Notes under the pieces: generated by a model
Database searches by the model: none
What the model was told of the DNA's origin: nothing
The model's input: only the letters and a program-made list of their open reading frames with translations
Part shown: piece after piece, positions 19,052 to 28,232 of the stretch
Layout of the letters: the number at the start of each line of letters is the position of its first letter
How positions within the stretch are numbered: the first letter of the stretch is position 1
Position numbers and translations under genes: made by a program
DNA from: an uncultured Actinomycetes bacterium
GTDB taxonomy: Bacteria; Actinomycetota; Thermoleophilia; Gaiellales; Gaiellaceae
Assembly (NCBI GenBank): GCA_963702655.1
Contig: CAVPDO010000012.1
Coordinates: forward strand, 107,204-171,203
Reading direction: 5' to 3'
DNA length: 64,000 nucleotides

Positions 19052-20947
19052 TCAGCCCCCGCCGCGGGCAAACGCGCGATTGATCGCGTCCGAGTCGATG
19101 CGGTGTCCCGCGTCGAACGTCCTCGTGACCTGCCTGACGATCGGCTCGGCCGGATCGAGTCGCCGGGCACGTGCCAGCGCAGCCGCGGCCTGGCGCCGAT
19201 GCCCCGTCAGCGACGCCGCAATCCCGAGCTCGAGGTTCGCGTACCAGTCGTCGGGCGTGCGCGCGACCGCGTCGCCGAAGCGTGCGCGCATGAGGCCGTA
19301 GCGATGGAGGCGGCTGGCGATCTCCCCCGCGACGAGGGCCGGGTCGTCGTCGAGCGGGTTCAGTGTGCCCGCCTTGCGGAGGAGCGAGAACGCCGCGTCC
19401 GGATCTCTCCGCCAGAGCGCCGTCGCGGTCTGGACGTCCCGAACCGCGAGCCACGGGAAGAGGAGACTCGCGGCGAGCGCCAGCCCGGCGACGACGATCG
19501 CCGCCGACCGCGCAGCGACTTCCAGCCGGCCACGCCCGCGCTCACCCGGCGGCCTCCGCGGGGCGAGGCCGCAAGCCGCACCGAGCAGGGCCGCCGCCAG
19601 CACCCCCAGGACCGGCATCTCCCACAGCCAGTCGACGAGCCCGTGAAAGACCAGGACCGACCCGGCGGCGGCGAGCACGGCTGCCAGCTCGCGATTTCGC
19701 CCGGGCGGGATGCGAACCACCACGATCACGACGAGGACGAGGAAGCCGGCGAAGAGGACGGTCCCGACGACACCCGTCTGCGACAGGAGGTCGATCGCGA
19801 GGCTATGCGGATAGATCGGCTCCTCGGAGGTGTGTCTCGCCTGAAGGTACGGGACGAGGAAGTTGTCGGTTCCGATTCCTGCGATCGGATGGCGCTCGAA
19901 CTCGATGAGCCCGACCCGCCAGAAGTCGTACCGGTTGCTGCCGAGCCCGCCGAAGCGCGACGTGCCCGCCGGCTCCTGCCCGGATTGGAAGCTGTGCCAG
20001 GCCGTGCCCGCGTGCTGCCACGGCCTGGCGGCTGCGGTGAAGCCGACGAGGACAAGGACGGCCGCAGCGGCAAGCGCCACGGCAATGCGGCGGGTCGTGC
20101 GGCGCGAGGGCCGCCACCGCCGGTCGACGCGTGCCAGCCCCCAGCCGGCGACGCCGACGACGAGCGCGGACACGAGCACGAGGTCGATCGCCCGGCTCAG
20201 GGCATGCGGGACGCCCGCAGGGTCGGCCCGGAAGACGTCGAGCACGGGCGGGATCACCGGAGCCGTGCCACACGCCACCAAGGCGAAGGTTGCGATCGAC
20301 CGCAGTCTCCCCGGGACGAGGATCAGGTAGGCGATGGCCACCGCCGGCAGCGTGTACACGGAGCCTCTGCTCTGGGCGAGGAGGCTGAGCGTGAGCTGCA
20401 GTCCTACGAGGCCGGCCGCCAGGCCGCGCACGGGCGCGGGTAGCCAGGCGCGCGAGGCGAGCCCGAGCATCAGCCACGCCATGGTCATGAACAGCGCCGC
20501 GGTCGCGTCCGGGTAGCCGAGCGGCGCCGAGAGGCGTGAGCCGAACAGGAATCCGGCGGCCGGGTGGCCGATCGCCTGCTCGACGGTGACGACGCCTTCG
20601 ACCGCGGTCACGACCCCGGCGCCGAGCAGCACCGGCCAGAGGCTGGTCGCGTCGGCGGCCCAGCAGGCCAGGAGCGCGAACACCAGCAGGTAGAGAGCGT
20701 CCCGGTCCGATCCGTACCACGCGCTGCTGCGGACGGCCGCCCAGCCGATCGTGGCGAAGTTCCAGAGGGTGAACCCGGCGAGGCAGCCGACGGCCGCGAG
20801 GACCGCATGCGGCACCGATGCCAGCCTCGGCGCGGCGGACAAGGCGACGGTCAGCACGGCAGCGACCAGGAACAGCGCGACCGGGTACCAGACCGTGGCC
20901 GCGAAGCCTCCGCCGCGGACGACCATGAGAACCGCCAGCGCAAGCAC
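19052..20947 (-). CDS. O-antigen ligase-like membrane protein with a C-terminal TPR-like region
   Basis: Polytopic N-terminal region with an AQSRGSVY loop and HPIAGIGTDNF...PHSLAIDLLSQTG. Helical repeat tail. Confidence 0.8.
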   Translation of the reverse strand: MLALAVLMVVRGGGFAATVWYPVALFLVAAVLTVALSAAPRLASVPHAVLAAVGCLAGFTLWNFATIGWAAVRSSAWYGSDRDALYLLVFALLACWAADATSLWPVLLGAGVVTAVEGVVTVEQAIGHPAAGFLFGSRLSAPLGYPDATAALFMTMAWLMLGLASRAWLPAPVRGLAAGLVGLQLTLSLLAQSRGSVYTLPAVAIAYLILVPGRLRSIATFALVACGTAPVIPPVLDVFRADPAGVPHALSRAIDLVLVSALVVGVAGWGLARVDRRWRPSRRTTRRIAVALAAAAVLVLVGFTAAARPWQHAGTAWHSFQSGQEPAGTSRFGGLGSNRYDFWRVGLIEFERHPIAGIGTDNFLVPYLQARHTSEEPIYPHSLAIDLLSQTGVVGTVLFAGFLVLVVIVVVRIPPGRNRELAAVLAAAGSVLVFHGLVDWLWEMPVLGVLAAALLGAACGLAPRRPPGERGRGRLEVAARSAAIVVAGLALAASLLFPWLAVRDVQTATALWRRDPDAAFSLLRKAGTLNPLDDDPALVAGEIASRLHRYGLMRARFGDAVARTPDDWYANLELGIAASLTGHRRQAAAALARARRLDPAEPIVRQVTRTFDAGHRIDSDAINRAFARGGG

Positions 20948-21221
20948 GAGTGCGAGCGGCGCCGCCTCCAGGAAGGGCTCGACGCCAGAACGAGCTGTGT
21001 CGGAATCTGCGGCTATCGTCCGGCGCCTCGTCGTGCGTGCGCGGCCACGGTCGCGTGGCAGCGCCGAATCCTAGCCTCCGACCCGGCTCCACTACCCTGC
21101 GCGCATCGACCGCGCGAGACCTCTCATCCTCTTCGTCGTCACGCTGGCCGAGGTCGGCGGTGCGCAGTCGTACGTCCGTGACCTCGTCTCCGCGGCGCGC
21201 GGCGAGGGGTTCGACGTCGCC

Positions 21222-22229
21222 GTGGCGGCCCACGGCGAAGGGCCGCTCAAGACGGCTGCTGCGCGACTCGATGTCCCCTTCTTCCCGCTCGTTCAGGTGC
21301 GAAGGAGCGTGTCGCCGATCCACGACCCTCTCGGCATCGTCGAGCTCACGAGGCTCTTCCGGCGCCTGCGCCCCGACGTCGTTCACCTGAACAGCTCCAA
21401 GGCCGGCGTGCTGGGCAGGATCGCCGCGGTCGCCGCCCGGGTACCGGTGCGGATCTTCACCGCCCACGGCTGGGCCTTCAAGGCGGCGTCCGGGGTGGAT
21501 TCGCGTCTCTATCTCCTCGCCGATCGTGGCGTCGAGCCGTTGACCTCGATGGTGATCTGCGTCTCGGAGAACGAGCGACGCGCGGGGCTCGCGGCCGGCG
21601 TGTGCACCGGGGATCGCTCGGTCGTGATTCGCAATGCCGTCGACGTCGGAGCCGCTCCGTCCCGTACTCGCGGAGATGACGCGCCGGTGCAGGTCGTGAG
21701 CGTCGGCAGGCTGGCCGCGCCGAAGGATTTCGCGACGCTCGTCGCGGCGGTCGCCCGCCTGCCGGAAGGCCGCGCGCACCTCCGCGTCTTCGGCGACGGG
21801 CCGTTTCGCAGCGAGCTCGAGGCGCAGAAGCAGGCGCTCGGACTCGACGCCGCGGTGGAGTTCGCCGGCGAGGTTCCCGATGTGCGGCCACACCTCGAGG
21901 ATGCCGACGTGTTCGTCCTCTCGAGTCTCTCCGAAGGCATGCCCGTCTCCATCCTCGAGGCGATGGCCGCAGGCCTGCCCGTCGTCGCGAGCGCCCTCCC
22001 CGGCCTCGAGGAGGTGGTCGTCGACGGCGAGACGGGACTCCTCGTCGCGCCCGGCGACGCCGCCGCCCTCGCAGCCGGGCTCGGCCGGCTCGTCGACGAT
22101 CCTGCCCTGAGGCGCTCCTTGGGGACGGCCGGACGCGCGCGCGCCGAGGAGCACTTCTCACTGCCGGCCTGGCGCGACGCGCACTTCTCGCTCTACCGCT
22201 CGCTGCTCGCCGCCAGAGGCGCCCCGTGA
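21222..22229 (+). CDS. Family 4 glycosyltransferase (homology extends upstream to ~21123 without a canonical start)
   Basis: GT4 C-terminal EGMPVSILEAMAAGLPVVAS...GETGLLV. The upstream in-frame PLILFVVTLAEVGGAQSYVRDL matches a GT4 N-terminus, but no ATG/GTG/TTG lies between the TAG at 21072 and 21222. Confidence 0.9.
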   Translation: MAAHGEGPLKTAAARLDVPFFPLVQVRRSVSPIHDPLGIVELTRLFRRLRPDVVHLNSSKAGVLGRIAAVAARVPVRIFTAHGWAFKAASGVDSRLYLLADRGVEPLTSMVICVSENERRAGLAAGVCTGDRSVVIRNAVDVGAAPSRTRGDDAPVQVVSVGRLAAPKDFATLVAAVARLPEGRAHLRVFGDGPFRSELEAQKQALGLDAAVEFAGEVPDVRPHLEDADVFVLSSLSEGMPVSILEAMAAGLPVVASALPGLEEVVVDGETGLLVAPGDAAALAAGLGRLVDDPALRRSLGTAGRARAEEHFSLPAWRDAHFSLYRSLLAARGAP

Positions 22230-23590
22230 CCGACACCGGCGTGCAGGCTCCCCCGGAGGCGACCGCACCTCCGGTCCATACAGGCCTCGCGCGGCAGTCG
22301 CTCGGTCTGCTCGTCGCGAGCGTCGCCGGCAACGTGGCGTTCTTCGCGAGCTCGCTCATCATCGCGCGCTCGCTCGGTCCGTCGGGGCGCGGAGTCATCG
22401 CCTTCTTCATCGTCAGCGTGCTCGTCGGGTGCCGGTTGGTGAGCCTGGGCACAGCCGAGGCGACGGCGGTCGCCTCCGGGCGCTATCCGGACCGCCGCTC
22501 GGCGATCCTGTCGCAGGCCGTCGGCCTCAGCCTCGTGCTCGGGCTCGCAGGAGGCGCGCTGCTCGCAGGCCTGCTGGCGCTTGCGAGGGGGTGGCTGCCT
22601 CAGGGCATCGACGGCTTGATGATCGTGTTGATCGGGATCGGGATCCTCGCCAACACGGTGTTCCTCGTCGCGTTCGGCTACCTGCGCGGATGTTCGCGAT
22701 TCAAGGCCTACGGCGGTGTCCTTGCCCTCTCTCCCTGGGTCTACGCGATCTCCCTCGCCGTGCTGTGGACCAGAAGCGACCTCACGATCAGGAGCGTGGC
22801 GGTCGTCTGGGTCGTCTACTCCAGTGCGACGGCGGCGGCCTCTGTCGCCCTGTCGATCCGGGTCGCCGGGCTCTCCCGGCCTGATCCGCGGCTCGTCCGT
22901 GAATCGCTGAGGTTCGGAGTTCGCGCGTGGGCCGGGTCGCTGTCGAGCATGGTCAACGCCCGGATCGACCAGGTGATCATGGGCTTCATCACGACCGAGG
23001 CCGTGCTCGGCTTCTACTCGGTGGCCGTCAACGTCTCCGAGATCCTGCTCTACCTCCCCATGGCGACCGCCGCGGCCCTGCTGCCGGCTCTGATGGGACG
23101 AGCAGCCGAGGATCGCGTCGCCGAGACCTTGAGCGTGATGCGCCGTCTGATCCTCGTCATGCTCGCGGCGACGGTCGTGGCGGCCGCGGTGGGCGCGCCG
23201 CTGATCCCGGTGGTCTTCGGGGAGGCCTACCACTCGTCGGTCACGCCGTACCTGCTCCTCCTGCCGAGCGGCATCGGATTTGCGGCGCTTCTCGTGTCGG
23301 AGGCAGGCCTGCTTGCCGCCGGGACTCCCGTCCGGGCCTCGCTGACCATGGTCACCGCCGTCGTCACGGGAATCGTGCTCGACTTCGTCCTCGTTCCGCG
23401 GCTCGGCGCCAACGGAGCATCGATCGCGGCCTCTGCGGCCTGGCTCGCCGGTGGGACGCTCGGCATCCTGTTCCTGCGCAAACGCGGCAGGCTGCCCTGG
23501 AGCGACCTGGTCCCCGGGCGCAGCGACGTCTCCGGTGTCGTCGCCACCGCCCGGTCGACGATGTCCTCGCTGGCGGCGATGAGAGGCTGA
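22226..23590 (+). CDS. Oligosaccharide flippase (Wzx/MOP superfamily)
   Basis: About 12-14 TM helices with a typical polysaccharide-biosynthesis-protein pattern. GTGA overlap with the GT4 gene. Confidence 0.85.
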   Translation: MTDTGVQAPPEATAPPVHTGLARQSLGLLVASVAGNVAFFASSLIIARSLGPSGRGVIAFFIVSVLVGCRLVSLGTAEATAVASGRYPDRRSAILSQAVGLSLVLGLAGGALLAGLLALARGWLPQGIDGLMIVLIGIGILANTVFLVAFGYLRGCSRFKAYGGVLALSPWVYAISLAVLWTRSDLTIRSVAVVWVVYSSATAAASVALSIRVAGLSRPDPRLVRESLRFGVRAWAGSLSSMVNARIDQVIMGFITTEAVLGFYSVAVNVSEILLYLPMATAAALLPALMGRAAEDRVAETLSVMRRLILVMLAATVVAAAVGAPLIPVVFGEAYHSSVTPYLLLLPSGIGFAALLVSEAGLLAAGTPVRASLTMVTAVVTGIVLDFVLVPRLGANGASIAASAAWLAGGTLGILFLRKRGRLPWSDLVPGRSDVSGVVATARSTMSSLAAMRG

Positions 23591-23638
23591 CTCGTTCGGG
23601 GCACGCGGCGTCCGAACAAAAGAGCCACACTTACGTCG

Positions 23639-24340
23639 ATGCGCAGACTCGCTCGAATCTCGGGAATCGCTCTGGCCACCCTCGGGGTGCTCGCCCTGGT
23701 CTGGGTGGTCGTCGTCTGGCGCTGGCAGGATCCCTTCACCGCGCTCTACACCACCTGGCAGCAGCACAAGCTCGCCCAGCAGCTCGATCACGAGATGGTG
23801 GCCCAGCCGGAGCCGAAGCCGCGGCGGGGCGAGTCGCTCGCCGTCGAGGCCCGCGCGATCGAGACTGCGGCGGCCCGGTTCCGCCACACGACCAAGGAGG
23901 GACAGGCGATCGGGCGGATCGTCGTCACCCGCCTCGGCCTGAGCATGGTGCTGGTGAACGGCACCGACGAGAGCTCCCTGGAGCGCGGCCCCGGCCGCGA
24001 CCTCCGCTCGTACATGCCGGGGCAGAGCCGCCTCGTCTACATCGCCGGGCATCGCACGACCTTTCTGGCTCCGTTCTCGAACATCAACCAGATGCGGCCG
24101 GGTGACCTGGTCCGTCTGGAGATGCCGTACGGGACGTTCGTCTATCGCGTGTTCAAGCACCGGATCGTCCCGTCCGACGACCTGGCGGTCCTCAAGTCGC
24201 CGCGGCATGAAGTCCTGATCCTCCAGGCCTGCAACCCGCGTTTCTTTGCCACGCAGCGCTACCTCGTCTACGCCCACCTCACCTCGGTCGATCCCAGGAA
24301 CGGCCAACCGTTGCGACCGTCGCTGCTGGCGGCTCCCTAG
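23639..24340 (+). CDS. Sortase (transpeptidase)
   Basis: N-terminal TM anchor. Catalytic His (YIAGHRTT), Cys (LILQACNP) and Arg (QRYLVYA). Confidence 0.85.
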   Translation: MRRLARISGIALATLGVLALVWVVVVWRWQDPFTALYTTWQQHKLAQQLDHEMVAQPEPKPRRGESLAVEARAIETAAARFRHTTKEGQAIGRIVVTRLGLSMVLVNGTDESSLERGPGRDLRSYMPGQSRLVYIAGHRTTFLAPFSNINQMRPGDLVRLEMPYGTFVYRVFKHRIVPSDDLAVLKSPRHEVLILQACNPRFFATQRYLVYAHLTSVDPRNGQPLRPSLLAAP

Positions 24341-25028
24341 GGGCACGATCGGAGCCGGCAGACCCACCGGGGGCTATGCCCCGCTCGAGCATCCGACTGT
24401 TCTCGTCGCGGACGACGACGTGCCGCACCGTCGCGGAGTGCGCGCCGGACTCGAGGCGCACGGCTTCATCGTGGTCGCCGAGGCCGGAGAAGCCGCCCAG
24501 GCGGTCTCCTCGGCTTCCCGCCTGCGACCGAACGTCTGCCTGATCGACGTCGAGCTGGCCGGCGGCGGCCTGAACGCTATCGCCCGGATCGCGAAGGCGT
24601 CACCCGGCTCGCTGATCGTCGTACTGAGCGCGTCGGAACGTGCCGGAGACGTCGTCGCAGCCGTGGCCCGCGGCGCTTCCGGCTACCTGCTCAAGGGGCT
24701 CGACGACGAGCATCTCGCCTCCGCTCTGCGGGCCGCCTTCGCCGGCGAGCCGGCGGTCTCGCGGTCGCTCGTTCCTCACCTGGTCGCCGAGATCAGACGC
24801 GAGTCCACGCGCCGGCTGACGATGCAGGAGGGTGCCGTGACCCTGACCCCACGCGAATGGGAGGTGGGAGAGATGCTGGTGGCCGAGAGCTCGACTATAG
24901 AGATCGCGGACCGCCTCGGTGTCTCCCCCGTCACCGTCCGCAGGCATGTCGGCCAGCTCCTGCGCAAGCTCGGCGTGGAGACCCGTGGGGAAGCCGTCGA
25001 CGTGCTCCGCACCTACGGCTGGCGCTGA
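24246..25028 (+). CDS. NarL/LuxR-family response regulator (start uncertain)
   Basis: Receiver domain (VLVADDD, CLIDVEL, VVLSAS, YLLKG) plus a LuxR HTH (LTPREWEVGEML...STIEIADRLGVSPVTVRRHV). The only in-frame canonical start is TTG 24246, which overlaps the sortase gene by 95 nt. Confidence 0.8.
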   Translation: MPRSATSSTPTSPRSIPGTANRCDRRCWRLPRGTIGAGRPTGGYAPLEHPTVLVADDDVPHRRGVRAGLEAHGFIVVAEAGEAAQAVSSASRLRPNVCLIDVELAGGGLNAIARIAKASPGSLIVVLSASERAGDVVAAVARGASGYLLKGLDDEHLASALRAAFAGEPAVSRSLVPHLVAEIRRESTRRLTMQEGAVTLTPREWEVGEMLVAESSTIEIADRLGVSPVTVRRHVGQLLRKLGVETRGEAVDVLRTYGWR

Positions 25029-25176
25029 GATCTGCCAGCGCTTTTTCGAGCCCACCCGGACCTGAGTCGACGTCGGACTGGACGTCCGGCGGGCAGGCCG
25101 GCACGGCTGCCGCGCAACGATGCACCCGACAGGCACGCCCCCGCGCAGACAGTCAGGCCTCCTTGGGCCCGCAGGG

Positions 25177-25872
25177 TCAGGACGTCGATTCGAGCGTCAG
25201 AGTCAGGGGGCGTGTCTGCCTTACCTTTTGCGCCACCGAGGCCAGGTGCCGGCGTACGGTCACGACCGACAGCCCGAGCTCGTGCGCGATCTCCTTCGGC
25301 GTCATCCCCTCGCGGCGCCGCGCCATCACGTCGGCCTCGCGGCGCGTCAGCTCGACCGGAGGGCCGTCCGCCGAGACGTGCTTCTCGCGCAACTCGCCGC
25401 GCACCTGTTCGATCAGGGTGACGACCGCAGCCCGCGGGATCACCGCCTCGCCGCGGAAAGCGACCTCGACGGCGCGCGCGAGCCCTCCGGCTCCGATCGT
25501 CTCGGGAACGAAACCGATCGCCCCGGCCCGAAGGGCGGCGAGCAGCACTTCCTGGTCGAGCACCGGCGCGACGACGAGCACCGGGACCGTGGGGGCCTGC
25601 TCGACGATGCGTCGCACGGCGGCGAAGGAGCCACCCGGAACGTGGACGTCGACGAGCGCGACTCCGGCGTGCTGCAGGGAGGTGGCCTCGGTCGCAGCGG
25701 TCACGTCGGACGTATCGGCGACCACGTCCCAGCCGAAGCGCATAAGGACGCTGCGGCGCGCCGCGCGAACGAGCCCCAGACCGCCGACCAGCACGATCGT
25801 GCGCGGCGACTCATCGGGCGTGGCCGAGGCGGCGACGCAACCAGCAGAATGGGATGTCAACGAAGCGTCCAA
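25177..25872 (-). CDS. LuxR-family regulator with an atypical receiver domain
   Basis: LuxR HTH (LTRREADVMARRREGMTPKEIAHELGLSVVTVRRHL). The receiver keeps ALVDVHVPG, but the N-terminal acidic pair is replaced (IVLVGGLG). Confidence 0.8.
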   Translation of the reverse strand: MDASLTSHSAGCVAASATPDESPRTIVLVGGLGLVRAARRSVLMRFGWDVVADTSDVTAATEATSLQHAGVALVDVHVPGGSFAAVRRIVEQAPTVPVLVVAPVLDQEVLLAALRAGAIGFVPETIGAGGLARAVEVAFRGEAVIPRAAVVTLIEQVRGELREKHVSADGPPVELTRREADVMARRREGMTPKEIAHELGLSVVTVRRHLASVAQKVRQTRPLTLTLESTS

Positions 25873-26030
25873 ATCGCCACAGTGGCTCGCCCGTCGAATC
25901 GTTCACCGCAGTGCGTCGAGCCGCACCCAGAGAATGTACGTAGCGCTCACGCGGCGCAATCCCCCCGCCGAGTGATAGTCGGCAGCCCGGCTACCGATTA
26001 GGCCGCGCGGGGGGAAGGCTCAGCCGCTGC

Positions 26031-26948
26031 TCAGCGCGGGTCGCCGAACTCGTCGACCAGGGCACGATACGTCGCGGCGAGCCCCTCCTCCAGGCCGATC
26101 TCGGCCTGCCAGCCGAGCTGCTCGCGCGCCCGTCCCGAGTCGAGGCAGCTCCGCTCGAGCTCTCCCTCCCGCAGCGGCGCGAGCTCCGGTTCGACCGCCG
26201 CGCCGGCGGCGGCCTGCAGCAGCTCCCAGAGGCGGGACACCGGCGTCTCGACACCGGTCGAGACGTTGTAGACGCCCGGCCGGCCGAGGGCCGCGAGATG
26301 CGCCCGGGCGACGTCGTGCACGTGCACGTAGTCGCGCGTCGGCTTCCCGAATCCGAACAGGGTCGGAGTCTCGCCGTGCGACAGCTGGTGGCTGAAGATC
26401 GCGACCACACCCGCCTCGCCGTGCGGGTTCTGCCGCGGCCCGTAGACGTTGGCGAGCCTGCAGACCGCGTGGGGAGCCCCACTCGCTTCTCTCCACGTCG
26501 TCACGTAGGCCTCGGCGGCCCACTTCGAGGCGCCGTACGGAGAGATCGGGGCGGGAGGCGTGTCCTCGGACGCCGGCAACGTCGCGCCGTTGCCGAACAG
26601 GGCTCCGCCGGTCGAGGTGAAGACGACAGGCGCGCCGTGGCGTGTGGCTCCCTCGAGGACGTTCAGCGTCCCGCGCACGTTGACCTCGAGATCCCGCCCG
26701 GGGTCGGCGACGGAACGCGTGACGCTCGCCTGCGCCGCGAGGTGGAAGACCGCCTCCGGCCGCGCTGCATCGACCACGGCGTCGAGCGCCGCCCGGTCGG
26801 TGATGTCGACGACCTCGAGCGTGGCGGTGTCTGCCACGCGCTTGGAGTCTCCGGTGGAGAGGTCGTCGACGACCACCACCCGCCAGTCGTCCGCAAGCAG
26901 TGCGTCGACGACGTGTGAGCCGATGAAGCCCGCGCCGCCCGTGACCAT
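26031..26948 (-). CDS. NAD-dependent sugar epimerase (UDP-glucose 4-epimerase-like SDR)
   Basis: MVTGGAGFIGSH, a YGASK catalytic motif and NVYGPRQ. Only the ATG-26948 portion of ORF 26031..27410 is taken. Confidence 0.9.
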   Translation of the reverse strand: MVTGGAGFIGSHVVDALLADDWRVVVVDDLSTGDSKRVADTATLEVVDITDRAALDAVVDAARPEAVFHLAAQASVTRSVADPGRDLEVNVRGTLNVLEGATRHGAPVVFTSTGGALFGNGATLPASEDTPPAPISPYGASKWAAEAYVTTWREASGAPHAVCRLANVYGPRQNPHGEAGVVAIFSHQLSHGETPTLFGFGKPTRDYVHVHDVARAHLAALGRPGVYNVSTGVETPVSRLWELLQAAAGAAVEPELAPLREGELERSCLDSGRAREQLGWQAEIGLEEGLAATYRALVDEFGDPR

Positions 26949-27095
26949 CGCGCATCTGTTCGACACCGTGTTCCTCCCGAAGTGAGTGCGTGGATCCCGT
27001 CGAACCTTAGAGACGAAGCGGCGACTCGACCGCCGGTGAGTGCGGCCCCCCCGTTCGGTGGACGACATCGATAGCGCCCGCAACATACTGGGCGT

Positions 27096-27548
27096 GTGGC
27101 GCAACGTCTGCCCCGCCGTCCGCTCGAGAGCCAGTTCGCCCGCTTCTGCGCGGTCGGCGCCTCCGGTTACGCAGTCAACCTCGCCGTCTACGCAGCACTG
27201 CTTCAGGCGGGGCTCCACTACCTCGCCGCGGCAGCGATCGCGTTCCTCGTCGCGGCCGCGAGCAACTACGCGTGGAACCGCACCTGGACGTTCCACACCG
27301 CCGGTGCGCCCGTGCTGGGCCAGGGAGCCCGCGCCCTCGTCGTCTCGGCGCTCTCGCTCGCGGCGAACCAGCTCTTCCTGGTCGTCCTCGTCGCGGCGGG
27401 CGCGCACCACCTCGCCGCTCAGGCGGTGGCGATCATCCTCGCCACGCCGTTCAGCTTCGCAGCGAACAAGCTGTGGGCGTTCGCGGAGCCGGCCTCCGTC
27501 GGCGCGCTGCAGCCGGCTGCAGTGCGGCCGGGCCGGCGCGACCGCTAG
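27096..27548 (+). CDS. GtrA-family membrane protein
   Basis: FARFCAVGASGYAVNLAVY...NYAWNRTWTF...FSFAANKLWAF; 4 TM helices. Confidence 0.85.
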   Translation: MAQRLPRRPLESQFARFCAVGASGYAVNLAVYAALLQAGLHYLAAAAIAFLVAAASNYAWNRTWTFHTAGAPVLGQGARALVVSALSLAANQLFLVVLVAAGAHHLAAQAVAIILATPFSFAANKLWAFAEPASVGALQPAAVRPGRRDR

Positions 27549-27563
27549 CCGGCCACTCCCGGC

Positions 27564-28232
27564 CTAGCGGGTCGTCTCGCGGAAGAACGCGATCGCCTGT
27601 TCGCGGTCCTTCACGCCGAGCTTGCGGACGATGGAGGAGATGTGGGCGCGGACGCCGCTCTGCTTCAGCTGCAGCCGCCGTCCGATCTCACGCGTCGACA
27701 TGCCGTCGGCCAGCGCCGCGAGGACGTCCCACTCGCGGCTCGTCAGCCGCACGCCGAGCTCGCCCGACACGGCCGTCGTGCGGAAACGCGGGTCGCTCGC
27801 ATGGAACTCCTTGACCAGGCGCGCGACCAGGGTCCGCGGAAGCGCGGCCTTGCCGTCGACGACGTCCTGCAGCGTGCGAGGCAGGAGGCTCAGATTGAGA
27901 TCCTTGACGAGGTAGCCGACCGCCCCGGCCCGGAGCGCGGAGAAGAGGCTCGCGTCGTCGTCCGAAACCGTGAGCATCACGACCTTCGTGGTTGGCAGGC
28001 GCGCCGAGATCTCCCAGGCGGCCGCGACGCCGCTGCCCGGCATGCGGAGGTCGAGCAGGCAGATGTCGGGCCTGGTCTCGAGCGCCTGCTGCACGGCGCG
28101 TGCCGCATCCGCGGCCTCGGCGCAGACGATCAGACCGCCGTCGGTCAGCGCGCGCCGGACGTCGTCGCGGGTCGGAGCGTGGTCGTCGGCGATGAGCACG
28201 CGGAGCGGTACGGCCGGCGCGGCGGCGTTCAC
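27564..28232 (-). CDS. NarL-family response regulator
   Basis: VLIADDH, CLLDLRMPG, VVMLTVS, YLVKD, plus a LuxR HTH (LTSREWDVLAALADGMSTREIGRRLQLKQSGVRAHI). GTGA overlap with the kinase gene. Confidence 0.9.
   Translation of the reverse strand: MNAAAPAVPLRVLIADDHAPTRDDVRRALTDGGLIVCAEAADAARAVQQALETRPDICLLDLRMPGSGVAAAWEISARLPTTKVVMLTVSDDDASLFSALRAGAVGYLVKDLNLSLLPRTLQDVVDGKAALPRTLVARLVKEFHASDPRFRTTAVSGELGVRLTSREWDVLAALADGMSTREIGRRLQLKQSGVRAHISSIVRKLGVKDREQAIAFFRETTR

Noticed and set aside
19803-24367. Very long minus-strand ORFs 19803..22154 (783 aa) and 22193..24367 (724 aa)
   Set aside because: Arg/Gly/Asp-rich shadow ORFs opposite the GT4, flippase and sortase genes and overlapping the Wzy-TPR gene; no motifs.
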